Of a stretch of DNA of 64,000 bases, positions 1 to 12,068 are shown one piece after another. The position numbers were made by a program, and so were the translations under genes. The notes below the pieces were generated by a model that was given only the letters and a program-made list of their open reading frames with translations, was not told the DNA's origin and did no database searches. The stretch comes from Paragordius varius (lineage: Eukaryota; Animalia; Nematomorpha), in contig OZ176052.1 of NCBI GenBank assembly GCA_964247055.1, positions 8,556,001-8,620,000 of the forward strand, given 5' to 3'. Within the stretch, counting starts at the first letter, position 1. Each line of letters opens with the position of its first letter.

Positions 1-27
1 TTTAATTATCTTATATAACATCTAGAA

Positions 28-323
28 CAGGGGTGTTCAACACAAATGGCTTCGCGGGCCGCATTTTTGGATCAAAAATCTGAGGGGCCCCATTAGAAAA
101 ATATATGGGCATTCACACATATTTCATTAGATTTTAACATAAAACTGTAAAAACTACAATATTTATTTTAACAATTTTCGTTAGTTCATTGCCAAAATTC
201 AGAAAGATTTAATCACAAAATTTATTAAGAAAATTAATTTTACTAAGATTTCGTAAATTTTGCATTTAAAATTTCTCGCTTGCTGCAGAAATATATAGGA
301 GGGCCACATGTTGGACACCCCTG
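28..323 (+). mobile_element. hAT (Charlie/Buster-like) MITE, family H1, in a PKC intron
   Basis: TIR CAGGGGTGTTCAAC...GTTGGACACCCCTG with a perfect 8-bp TSD ATCTAGAA (20-27 and 324-331), matching the NTCTAGAN target typical of Charlie elements. Confidence 0.9.
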
Positions 324-416
324 ATCTAGAAAATAACCAATTTTACCAATTTACATCCAAATAGATAGTGACCATAAATTGTATAATATCTAAAGCAACA
401 ATATTTACAACTTTAC

Positions 417-3400
417 TTGGCTTTTCGCTCTGAACCAGCTTCGCCTTCTTCAGGAATCGTGTCATAAAATAGGATCCCGGGGCATTTTGTTAACACTTGT
501 TGATGGCAGCGTTTATGGACGACACATGTACAAACTTTTGTTAAAAAATAATTTATATAGTGAATAATTTATTTTAAAGTTTTTATAGATATAATTAAAA
601 GTACATAAAATATATGTTAATATGGTTTACCTTGACACTGATAGCCTTGTTTTCCAAGTCCCCTATATATAATATTTCAAAAAAAATGAATAAGTAAATA
701 TATATACAGATTGTTAACTTCTAAATATTTTTATATTAAGGATTTATAACTAGAAAATAAAAAAATTATATTAAATCACTTTAATATATTCTAAATTACC
801 AAATAAATTCCTTGCAATGTGAACAGAAGGTCGGTTGTCGTAAAATAGTGGCCATAAATTTGTGACCATTAACTTGATGGACCTTGCGTCGAAGGGCCCC
901 CCGTCTCCTGTTACGGAATCCATCCTCCTTTTCTTTAAACACTCGTTCTTTAGCTGTATGCAAAAAAATGATTTTTTTGTATATCACTAATCCTGCGTTT
1001 AAAATGGTAGTATTAAATTAAGAGATATATAATTTTCCTTTGAAATAATTGCAAATATAATGAGAAACGAGAGATCCTTTGTCCTAAAAAAACTGTTTAT
1101 AAAGTCAATATATTATATCAAATAAAATATTTAATTAAAAGTTGTCAATTATTGCAGTACTAATATATATTGAATAAAGAATAAAAGATGTCAAAAAATG
1201 TTAGCTTTTCATTAAATAAAACATTTAATTTGCCAAATAATAGCTTGATTGAAATTACTCTTAAAATTTTGTTCTATTTATGGTAAAATATTTAAGATAC
1301 CAGCTCGGCAGGAGGTATAACACAGTTACGATTATAATCTATATTTTTTGTTGTTTCATGAAAAAAAATTTTTAGTAAGCATCTTTATATAAATGTAAAA
1401 GTTATTTTGGCAAACAGATATTTTTAATCAATTATAAAAAAACAAAAAGATGCGTCCAAAACAATTTATTTGAATCACTCTTGCAAAGGGTCGGCTCTGA
1501 CCGGTTATAAAAATCAATAGTGACCGTGACTATGATCGCTTGTAAAAGCGAGTAAAATTAATATAAAATTATAGTATATACCAAAAAATGTTAAAATTTT
1601 GTCAAATTTTCATTATATGTTATTACTATATATAGGTAGAATAAATGATTTCACGCAAAAACTGATGAATATCCCAAAGAAAAAAATGATTAGCACCTGA
1701 TTAAAAAAATATGTAATTCACCATATTTTTTTAACCATGTGCTAATCATTTTTATATTTTGGATATTCATTTGTTTTTTCGTGATAATCATTTATTAATC
1801 TTACCGTATTTTTACACTATTATAACCAATTTAAACGGTTAACTTTCTGTTGTTTGGTTTAGTTGAAGCAAACATTTTACAGCGGTAGTTATGACTGTTT
1901 ATGATTATGAAAGCCTGCATTTATAAGCAGACAGAGCGATTCTCTTTTTTACTAAAAACTAAACCCTACCGGCACCTTTATACTGTGTTTTGTTGATTTT
2001 ATACAAAACTTTTTTTACAAGCATTTTATTTTGGCTTAAATGGTACCAGAATTAGATTTAATAAATATACGATAGATATTTGGTAAAATGCTTATGTATA
2101 TATTTATTGTTTTAGTTGTAAAAAAAGTGAAAATTATTATTATGTTTAACACTTGGATACAACACATTCATTTTGGCCCTTCGATTCAAATTGGGGTAGT
2201 TATATACCCCAGGCCCTTTAAAATTAAATTCTTTAAAAAATATGGAACGAATCGAAACCATGGCAGAATTTTGCACTTATATAGCATTAATAAACCGAAA
2301 TATAAAAAAAATTTTATTCAAAAATACTTGATATTACTTATTTTAAGCTAAAACCGAATGGTAAAAATTTCGTCAACGTGACATGTGTGAAATATTAAAA
2401 TTAAAAAATAATTCCAAATAACCGCAATTTAAATTTCTATTAATCTTAGATGTAATTTATATAAAAAATTAGCTTTAATTTTACCCTAAAAATTAAATGA
2501 AGACGATATTTTGCAAAAATTTTGTAATGGTGTCGAAGTAGTTTGACATTAAACTTTTTTTTTAAAACAAAATTTTATTAATATATTTTGGCATATTTAT
2601 ATAAATTTTATTAGGGTAGAAGCTTAAATTTATATTGAGACCATTTCCTTCTGTAGTTTTTTAAAAATATTAAAATTAAATTTAGTCTGGGGTATTTAGA
2701 TACCCCAATTTGAATCGAAGTGTTAAGCAACCTCCTTTTATATTAGAATTTTCGCGATGCTGCAAACAGTTAAATCCATATATAATACTTACTATACTAA
2801 AATATAAATGGAGATCATTTAATATGTATTATCATGAAATTAAACATTATAATGGTATTTTTAATATATTATCATAGCCAATAACATATATATAATTATA
2901 TACATGCTATGACCGTCGTTTCTTAGGAAAATTATTATAAAAGAAATATCTAAATTAGGATAAGTCTTAATTTGCTTAATCCAATATATAAAATATAGAG
3001 ATGGTAAAAAAGCTTCTTATAATAGTAATAGGCTCTCTTCTTTATCGTAAAACATCGTGCTTGCTGCTAAGCAAATGTCCTTCACAGATCATACACGCAG
3101 AAAATTATTATTATATATTAATAAGGGAAAAATAAGTAGATAGATAGAGAAAGGACACTTTAATGATAGCTAAGCTATAAAAAAAACTTTATTGATGCAG
3201 TTTTTGGATGCCATTTTTAGACTTCAAACAAACCATAACACAAGTAGGGAAATTTTTTTTGGTGATTGATGATAAATATGTGAATGGTAGAAGCACATTT
3301 TTTTATTAAATTTGATGATTTCTTTGTCAATCGAAAGGGAATGTGTGATAAAATTATTGCTTAATAAGGTTGTCGTCAATCAACACATCATAAGTCCAAT

Positions 3401-6400
3401 GGAAAAAAAAATTTATCAAAAAAGTTTATATGATAAAATTGGAACTCATAATTGATTCACTAATCATAAGCATTTGTAATTAAAGAAAGGCGCCGTTTTT
3501 ATAATGACTTAATTATTATGAATGGAGTCCTGAAAAAATAAAAATTACTACAAAGCCTACTTAGTTCAGCAAATTAATAACATCTAATCAGAAAAAAGGA
3601 CCGATTCACTGTGTTATTAACATACGAATAAGTTGCAATGAGTAAAAAACTGAATATTTTTGGTGATATTAGGCCCTCCCAGATATTATGCGCAGCCCGC
3701 TAAAAATTTAAAAAAATGCCAAATAAACATAAAAATGATATTTATTTCTTTAACAAACTTTCTGAATATGTTTTTACTATTGGCGAAAAATTAGTAGAAA
3801 TTCATGATAGTTATATTCATGCCTATATTTTTGAGAATCAGGCTCGCAAAGCCATTTGTGTTAAATACGTCTGATCTAAACTTTATTCAAATTATTTAAA
3901 TTTAGGGTTGCCTTTTAAAGTAAAGCCGTTCAACTAAACTAAACTATTTTTGGTGTATTTAACAACACATAAAATTATTTAGGCGGTATTGCTGCTAAAA
4001 TATTTCAATTATAATAATTTTATGAGCATAGTTTATAAATTCATATTTGTGGTACTTTGAAGCCATCTTTGATTCCAAAAAAACAGAAAAAAAATTAATT
4101 TAAAATTAATTAAAGGTACTTGTACAAAAATAAATAAAAAATTCTTACTTAAAACAATATAATCATATTAATAATTTATGAATATTTTCATTATTGTTAT
4201 GTGTGCTATAATTGGCTCAGGCTTGACATTTTAAAATCCAAAAATTACAATGAAAATATGAAATATTAATGTGTGCCAAAAATGGGAACGGCAAATTTTA
4301 ATACCTATTTTATGGACAATTTAATGATTAATTAAAAAATAATTGTAACGAATCATAAAAACAGCGTTTGTTAAATATAAACTAACCGAAATCAAAATGG
4401 TATATTCCCTTAACATACGTATTGATAATCCATTGTTTTTTTAGTATTTTTTATATCCTAAACCTTTTATCAATCTTTAATATTCATTATGTATGGGAAA
4501 ACAAATATTAAGATTATAAATATATAAGCGAAAAATCAGTTTTAAACCAAAATTATTATAAATTATAATAATTTGCAAAGAAGCGATAATCTGTCCGATC
4601 TAAATCAGTTACACACCCCATTAAAAAATTATAGATTAAATTGGATGATCTAAACATTTTTTATTCGATTTTATAATAACTTTATTTAAAATTAAAAATA
4701 AACGACCCAAAGCGTATAGATATAAAATACCTTCAGTGATTGTTCCATTCAACTCAATCAGTACATGTAATTTACCACAGGGTTCAAGATCAATCTATTA
4801 TAAAAAAGTAAAAATGTTTAATAAATATTTTATGAAATAAAAAGATCATTTATATATCATATTCAAAGTTTGTACGCCGCAAACATTTTATAAAGACTTT
4901 TATTATCGTAGCAAACCAAATTCCTTTGGGATTTTTAAACGTGCGTTTCGCATGCCTCCATATACTCATGTTTACTAAATGTTAATGTTTCCTCCATAAA
5001 TATTATTCATATTTTTGGAGAAATATGATAAAAATTTTCAATGTACCGCAAAATAGGTTTTACTTACATGTAAAAAATATGATGGTGAAAAGCGCTATTT
5101 TAAGGTTAAAAATTTATGGCTAATTTAAAAAATCGATTCATATAATTGCGATACTGATGCTCAACAGTAACAAACTAACTAACTAATGCGTTCACTACTG
5201 TAATAAAGAAGTTCCCCCGTACATTTAGCGATATATTTTATATAATATTGATTGGTAAAAATAAAAAATTAGTAAATGGCCACTAAAATACTTGGACACT
5301 AATGGCAAATAGTTGTCTATTGCTTGGGATTGTGCAGCTAAAAAATAATTTCCAAAATTTTTAATTAAATTCGGATTTTAAATAAGCGCCGTTGACTATA
5401 ACATAAGCCATTAGCGCCAGATAAAATATCTAACTAAGTTTCAAGTGACGATATGCGATATTTCCAAAGAAGAATCTCAAAACTCTGAAGCCAAGATTTC
5501 ATCAAAACATTAGTAAAGATTTATGGGAATAACACCTTAATAACCTCTTGCATCTAGGTAGAGTTATTAAAGACATAATAATATTGTCCTTACATAAAAT
5601 TTTATAATCTATAGCTTAAAACTAGTTATTTATAAATTGTAAGAATCAAATCACATATAAAAATATTATTTTTCAATTTTTAACGCTTAGAACCAATGAT
5701 GTATATCTGAAGCCCATCACTTAAAAACAATTTAATTTCAACTTATTAGAAGGACGCACTTAAATCACAAACTTTCCATTAATTTTAAAACCAAAATACA
5801 ATAAGACACAGCAAAATATTGTCGACCATTAATATACCTAAGGTTTCTATATAATTCACTTTTAAAAATGAACAATACCAAAGGTCCTAACATAGCAACG
5901 ACTTTAGTGATGATTGCAAAATATAATTATCAAAAAAGCAAAGTTTCAAATAATCCTATATCCTATATTGTATAATTTCGCTAATTGTATCATTTTAGAA
6001 TTGAACCGTAATGTTTACATTAATTATCAATCTCTAAAATTTTAAATTTATATATTAATTTTGGATACAAATGGGGAATGAAGTTTTTAAGTCAAAATAA
6101 AAATTATTTTTAATGGACATTCATAACATAGTTATGTTTAAAACTAAATCCTATTTTTAAAAGCTTAGTGGTTTTTCTCAATTATTCAATTCACAAGAAT
6201 TTAATAATAAAAATAATATCCCACATCATAAAAATCAATGTGCGTCCATAGTCAAATTAGTGCGATCGGTTCTAAGAGCTTAACAAAAGATTAAATAAAT
6301 TAAGTTGTTTCATAATTCAATAACCTTCACCATTTTTTTCCAATAATTTTATGATACATAAAGAGTGGTTAAGCCATTTACAGAATAGCCATATAAGATA

Positions 6401-7008
6401 TACGAAAGTTTATATAGTAACACAATCATCACAATTTAGTTTATAAATAATAATATATTTTATGGAATACAATAAATTAATATAAATTAATCTATTTCTT
6501 TTATCAAGCAAGCATTTCCAAAGCATATTTAAACATCAATACGTTGAAGTGTTGTGCTTGGGAAAAAAATCGATTTGTCAAATTGAAAAATGATTTAATT
6601 AATTACATTGTATATTGTGATACTTTATAGGAAAGATTTATAATCATTGTGTAAGTATTATACCCAAATATCATTTAATTTTTTGGCTAACAAATCTTCA
6701 AAGGTAACTTGACAATTGGCGACAAAATCGTCAGGGGGTATAGCAGCATCATGGAATATGGTAAGGCCTATAAGTTGTCCTGCGTGCACTGGTGATTTAA
6801 ATTCCTCGTTCCAAACGGGAGATAAATTTTTAATTTTTGAAGTGGTACGAGCAATAAAAAGATCATCAATATTAATAGATACATAGGGATCAATTGTTAT
6901 GGGATTTCCCAATTTAACTGCAACCAAATGTCTGGTGGACAAATTTGTTGGCTTAAGGTTTTTGGCCTCAATAATTTTAATGGTTAAAGATCCATTGAAC
7001 AATACCAT
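417..7008 (-). CDS. PRKCE: Novel protein kinase C (epsilon/eta type), 5' portion; gene continues beyond the left edge of the window
   Basis: GT-AG exons 6664-7008 (C2 domain [21 protein letters not shown]...[10 protein letters not shown]...W), 4731-4794 ([15 protein letters not shown]), 800-953 (pseudosubstrate [35 protein letters not shown]), 631-662 ([10 protein letters not shown]) and 417-534 ([21 protein letters not shown]1a). Splice phases are consistent. Epsilon versus eta orthology is not resolved. Confidence 0.93.
2150..2722 (+). mobile_element. piggyBac-like MITE (family P), copy 1
   Basis: TTAA at 2146-2149 and 2723-2726. Ends CACTT..AAGTG with subterminal CGATTCAAATTGGGGTA placed asymmetrically (27-bp spacer at one end, none at the other), a piggyBac-like end architecture. 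Confidence 0.8.
3670..3873 (-). mobile_element. Degenerate copy of hAT MITE family H1
   Basis: GGCTCGCAAAGCCATTTGTGTTAAATACGTCTG resembles the reverse complement of the 28-323 left end and is followed by ATCTAAAC; GGCCCTCC..ATATT..GC.CAGC matches the other subterminus. The left boundary is approximate. Confidence 0.6.
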
Positions 7009-7779
7009 GGTAATTTAAATGGCAAAGTATTGCATTTCTCAACATTTAGTTTCCTGATGACCAATGATAGCAATCAACATCTGAAAAATCAATATTCATG
7101 TGGTTTTATGATGTATCCCATATAGACGATTGCTGTAGTAAAAAATAAATGGGAAAATATTTTAATTTATTTATAAATATAGCTTGCATTGAATATAAAT
7201 AAAAATTTTCAAAAAAGTTAATTTGTTTCTGTTTAATACGATATTTATTGTCTTTATTTTTCGTTAAATTTTAAGCGATTTAAGCTCTATAATATATAAT
7301 TATAATTAATTATATTTAATGCTAGATAAAATATGCTTTCTATGGCCTCGGATATCTCTCAAAAAATATGAAATGTGAGTTTGCGAATTTCAGGAGGAAT
7401 ACCTATACTTAATGTAAAGGTTTTTTATGTGCCGAAGGTGAATAAACCGATAATGGATCCCAGTGTTTGAACCTCTCCTCCGTGTATAATAAGTGCTGTT
7501 TTAGCACTTACGAGGGATATAAGAAAGTTATTACTTTTATGATAAAAGCTCGATATCGGAAAATAAAATAATTTTTTTTTTAGTAAAAGCTAAATGTCTG
7601 TTTCCGAATTCCAAGAAATATCATTAATATTCATAAATTAATAAAAAGCAAAACAATATTGATAAGGGCCACCTAAAGTATTAAATTAATAAGAAAATGC
7701 TCTAGAAAGTATATTTTCAAATTTAGCCAAATTCTATTATTTTTTAAAATTTAATTTTTAATGGGGGGGAGAGTTAAAA

Positions 7780-8950
7780 CTAACAGAAAATATCATGAAT
7801 CATTAAGATAAACGCATAAAGGCGGATATTTTACCATAGGAAGTTGTAATAAGTGGTTGAATATGGAGTCAAAAATATTTATTTTTGGAAAAGGGCATAT
7901 TTAGTTTTTTTAAACCTTTATCAACACATCCATTTCAGTCCTTATATTTAAATTGGGGTAGTTGGATACCCCAGGCCTGTTTAAAATTAAATAATTTAAA
8001 AAATATGGAATGATTTAAAACCATGGCAAAAATTTTCACATTTATAACATTAATGAACGGAAATATATAAAAAATTTAATTCAAAAATACTTGATATTAC
8101 TTATTTTTAGGGAAACCTCAAGGTAAAGTAACATGTGTGCAATGTTAAAATAGAAAAATAATACAAAATAAACCGTTTTTTCTATTTCATTCTGTTAGAT
8201 GTAATTTAAATTAAAAATTAACTTTAATTTTACCCTTAAAATTAAATGAAGTCGATATTTTTCAAAAATTTTGCAAAATAAAAATAGCGTCGAAGTAGTT
8301 TGACGTGGAATTTTTTTCAAAACTAAATTATATTTAGATATTTTGGCATATTTATATAATTTTTATTATGATAGAAGCATAAATTTAAATTGGCACCGTT
8401 TTCAGTAGTTTTAAAAATATCCCACTAAATATAGTCTGGGGTGTTTTAGATACCTCAATTTGAATCGTGGTGTTAACGAAGATTTGATGAGTTAATACTA
8501 TTGTGAAGCATGCATTATTGAAACGGTATAAAAACGCTTTAAATATACTTTTTCTATATCGATGAATGATGCTAAACATCACCTCAGAATTCGTATTTAA
8601 AGGTTTTTTTTTAATCTGTGTTAATTTACGGAAAAAACAATCTATATTTAATGTAAATTAACGAATATATAAATTAATTGAAGTATTCTCGACATAATCA
8701 AATATTATAAAATGTTTTTATGTTGTGTCCACTATGCTTCAAAAGACGGTAAAACACCTCCACTAAATTTTTACTATAAATTAAATTTTTAAGGATTCAT
8801 TTTTTGGAACAAATTTGGCAAAATTTAGCATATGCTCAAAAATTCACACAATCTACGCTCTTCGTCTGTATTTTCAGAGAAATTCCCTTGGACAAGTCCA
8901 AAAATTTGACATTTTAAGAGCCGGCATCAAAAAAAATTTATTTAAAATAT
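7780..8950. repeat. Family B inverted-repeat element hosting family P copy 2 (boundaries approximate)
   Basis: Segments TAAGATAAACGCATAAA, ATACTATTGTGAAGCATGC..GAAACGGTATA and AAAATTTAGCATAT match 23770-24240 in both orientations. Confidence 0.5.
7912..8472 (+). mobile_element. Family P MITE, copy 2 (5' end degenerate)
   Basis: Colinear with 2150-2722 over ~550 bp; ends TGAATCGTGGTG|TTAA at 8472. Confidence 0.7.
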
Positions 8951-9218
8951 ACTTACGCTTTTAAAATATAATTTGTGATATATTTTAAAAAAATAGAGAA
9001 GCCTTTCCTTTTACAATAGATTTTTATTTAGCATAATGTGCGGTAATTTTAATTTAGCATGGAATAAAATTAATAAATCTGGATACAGTTATTTATCAGA
9101 GTAAATATATTGCAAATATTTTATAAGGACACTATGTAAAGATAAGTTTTATTTTTGTAAATTATTCTCGTTCATCGTAACCGGCTACGAGTGGGACACC
9201 TCAATTTACTTTTTGGAG

Positions 9219-9407
9219 CAGTGGTACTCACCAAATTTATAGGGCTGTAATAAATATTTATATTGTCTCAATCACCATATATTAAAGATATAAATCCATA
9301 GGTGTTTGATACATTTGCAAATTAATACTTATAATTAGTACATCGAATTATTTAATAAATAATTCAAGGGCATATAGAGCATTAGGACCCCGGTTTATGT
9401 ACCACTG
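9219..9407 (+). mobile_element. hAT-like MITE family H2
   Basis: TIR CAGTGGTAC...GTACCACTG; flanks TTTTGGAG/TTTTTGAA (6/8). Confidence 0.6.
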
Positions 9408-9699
9408 TTTTTGAAACACTGGTAAAAAAATAAATAAATGAATAAATATATATATCACAGCGTCCCCCAAAAATAATCTGAATATAAAAATTCAGTTAGA
9501 AAAATGTAAAAATAATCTGAATATATATATTCTGATAGAAAAATGTAGCAGTATATAATTTTATGTGGAACATTTCTATCACATCAAAATTTTGATTCAA
9601 ATATTCGTTCGTCTTTAAATCTTTGGCATATAATTGTGTTTTTTCACGAAAATAGATTTTTTTAGAGGAACCTTTTAGTTGTAATTGTGAAGCAATTAA

Positions 9700-10260
9700 C
9701 ACTTGGATATAATACACTCATTTTAGTCCTTCGATTCAAATTGGGGTAGTTAAATTCCCAGACCTGTTTAAAATTAAATTCTTAAAAAAATATGGAAGGA
9801 ATCGAAACCATGGCAAAATTTTGCACTTATATAGCATTAATAAACCAAAATATATAAAAAAATTTATTCAAAAATACTTGATATAACTTATTTTAAGCTA
9901 AAATCGATAGGTAAAAATTTAGTCATGACATGTGTGCAATGGTAAAATTGAAAAATAATACAAATAAACCGCTTTTTCTATTTTTATTAATGTTAGATGT
10001 AATTTAAATAAAAATTAGCCTTAATTTAACCCTTAAAATTAAAATCGATATTCTGCAAAAATTTTGTAAAATAAAAATGGCATCGAAGAAGTTTGACATA
10101 GAACTTTTTTTCAAAATGAAATTTTATTTAGATATTTTGGCATATTTATATAATTATTATTAGGATAGAAGCATAAATTTAAATTCGGACCGTTTCGGTA
10201 GTTTTTAAAATTCCTAACTCAAATAGTCTGGGGTATTTAGATACCCCTAAAATCGAAGTG
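9700..10260 (+). mobile_element. Family P MITE, copy 3
   Basis: TTAA|CACTTGGATAT at 9696-9700 and AATCGAAGTG|TTAA at 10260-10264. Confidence 0.8.
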
Positions 10261-10407
10261 TTAAAATGTTCAGCATTATCAAATTATGAAAAAGTTTTTC
10301 TATTTCCATCATGCTTCTAATAGTATGGGGTAAGATTCAACAAAATTTTGCTAAAAATTAAATTTTCAAAAAATATGCATTTAAAAATCATTTCTAGTTA
10401 ATATTAA

Positions 10408-11124
10408 CACTTTGATTCAAATTGGGATATCTAAATACCCCAGACTAAATTTGAGTTAAAATTTTTAAAAAAACTACTGAATGAAACGGTTTCAATTTAA
10501 ATTTATGCTTCTATCCTAATAAAAATTATATAATATGTCAAAATATCTAAAAAAAAATTGTTTTGAAAAAAAAGTTCCATGTTATACTACTTCGACGCCA
10601 TTTTTATTTTACAAAATTTTTGCAAAATATCGTCTTCCTTTTATTTTAAGGGTAAAATTAAAGCTATTTTTTTATTTAAATTACATCTAACATTGATAGA
10701 TATAGAAAAAGCGGTTTATTTTCTATTATTTTTCAATTTTATCATTGCAAACATGTCACGTTGACTAAATTTTTACCTTTCGATTTTAGCTTAAAATAAG
10801 TAATATCAGGTATTTTTGAATAAAACTTTTTATATTTTGGTTTATTAGTGTTATATAAGTGCAAGATTTTGCCATGGTTTCGATTTCTTCCATATTTTTT
10901 AACGAATTTAATTTTAAACAGGCTTGGGGTATTTAATTACCTCAATTTGAATCGAAGGACTAAAATGAATGTGTTGTATCCAAGTTTTAATGTTATATAA
11001 GTGCAAAATTTTGCCATGGCGATTCCTTCCATATTTTTAAAAGAATTTAATTTTAAATAGGTCTGGGGTATATAATACCCCAATTTGAATCGAAGGATTA
11101 AAATAAATGTGTTGTATACAAGTG
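10408..11124 (-). mobile_element. Family P MITE, copy 4 (10408-10986) plus a tandem duplication of its terminal ~135 bp (10991-11124)
   Basis: Reverse complement of copy 3; TTAA at 10404-10407, 10987-10990 and 11125-11128. Confidence 0.75.
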
Positions 11125-11496
11125 TTAAAATTTAACTTATATTTAAAAAAATTAATCCGCAATTCCGGCATTTTTGCGTTTATTTTAGGAGGATAAACCC
11201 AAAAATTTGGGATTTTTGGAGCCCACAGCTAAAAATATTTTTTTAAAAAAATATTGTTTTGCTTTTTAGTTTATTATATATTTTAGTAATATATTCAAAG
11301 CCTCTAGCCTTAACCAAAAAAAAAATTTAATGTGCGCAACTTTTGACATTTTTTGATATTGAGCACTTACCACAAAAGTATTAATAATTTTCTCAAACCA
11401 CTCGCACTCCTATGCCATGATAATCCTGCTATTTGTTATTTTTTATACCCCCGACGCAGTGTTATTTATAATAATTGTGTTTTATCACATAAAAAT

Positions 11497-12012
11497 ATGA
11501 ATGTCCCCATATTTAAGCACATTTTTAATCAAAATTTTTTTAAGCCGATCCTAATTCCTAATCTTAATAACTTGGCAATCAGTTTAAAAAATTATTGCCA
11601 CAACTATGTATCCAAATCTTTATTACCTACATTAAATGTTTATCCGAATACGGTGAGATCAATGGCTACTTTAGAATATATGCATCGTCGTGGTCCTATT
11701 ATTTTGCCTCCAAAACCATACGAACAAAGGGCAATGTTAGGGAAACCATTTTTGAAGTGCATTGTTATTAAACCAGTTATTAAAAAACCCAAAAAACCGA
11801 ACTCTGCTAATAGAAAATGTGTTAAAGTGCGTATTATTCGTACCGGCAAGGAAATCATAGCTCACGTTCCCGGTGAAGGCCACAATTTGCAAGAACACAA
11901 TGTTGTGCTCATCAAAGGAGGAAGATTAAAAGACGTACCAGGTATAAAGCATAAAGTTGTACGCGGAACACTCGATTGTCCTCATATAAAGAAAAAAACC
12001 AAAACTTCTTAA
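11497..12012 (+). CDS. MRPS12: Mitochondrial ribosomal protein S12 (uS12m), intronless CDS with N-terminal presequence
   Basis: uS12 motifs [30 protein letters not shown] and KVVRGTLD. The ORF track starts at a TTG (11353); the first in-frame ATG is 11497. The N-terminal ~55 aa before MATLEYMHR is basic/hydroxylated with essentially no acidic residues, like a mitochondrial targeting peptide. Confidence 0.92.
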   Translation: MNVPIFKHIFNQNFFKPILIPNLNNLAISLKNYCHNYVSKSLLPTLNVYPNTVRSMATLEYMHRRGPIILPPKPYEQRAMLGKPFLKCIVIKPVIKKPKKPNSANRKCVKVRIIRTGKEIIAHVPGEGHNLQEHNVVLIKGGRLKDVPGIKHKVVRGTLDCPHIKKKTKTS

Positions 12013-12028
12013 CAAATAGCTACTTATA

Positions 12029-12052
12029 TTTATTAAAATATATATTAATAAA
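12029..12052. terminator. Crossed AATAAA polyadenylation signals between MRPS12 and DUOXA
   Basis: Plus-strand AATAAA at 12047-12052 and minus-strand AATAAA at 12029-12034, in a 56-bp gap between the two stop codons. Confidence 0.45.
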
Positions 12053-12068
12053 TTTTTTTATAATATAG

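Larger units (their letters stand above)
9560..11230. repeat. Family B inverted-repeat element hosting family P copies 3 and 4 (boundaries approximate)
   Basis: 9560-9695, 10265-10403 and 11129-11230 each match parts of 23770-24240 once the TTAA-flanked MITEs are removed. Confidence 0.5.

Noticed and set aside
5380-5570. Possible mariner N-terminal remnant ([15 protein letters not shown]) and a TACGAGGG terminus at ~7509
   Set aside because: Too short and degenerate to support; no paired TIR found.
2088-10764. Short ORFs 2088-2351, 8385-8582, 9496-9717 and 10579-10764
   Set aside because: They lie within MITE copies and show no recognisable domains.
11353-12012. Intronless S12 as bacterial contamination or horizontal transfer
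   Set aside because: It has a presequence-like extension, lacks operon neighbours and is tightly flanked by eukaryotic genes; it fits nuclear MRPS12.
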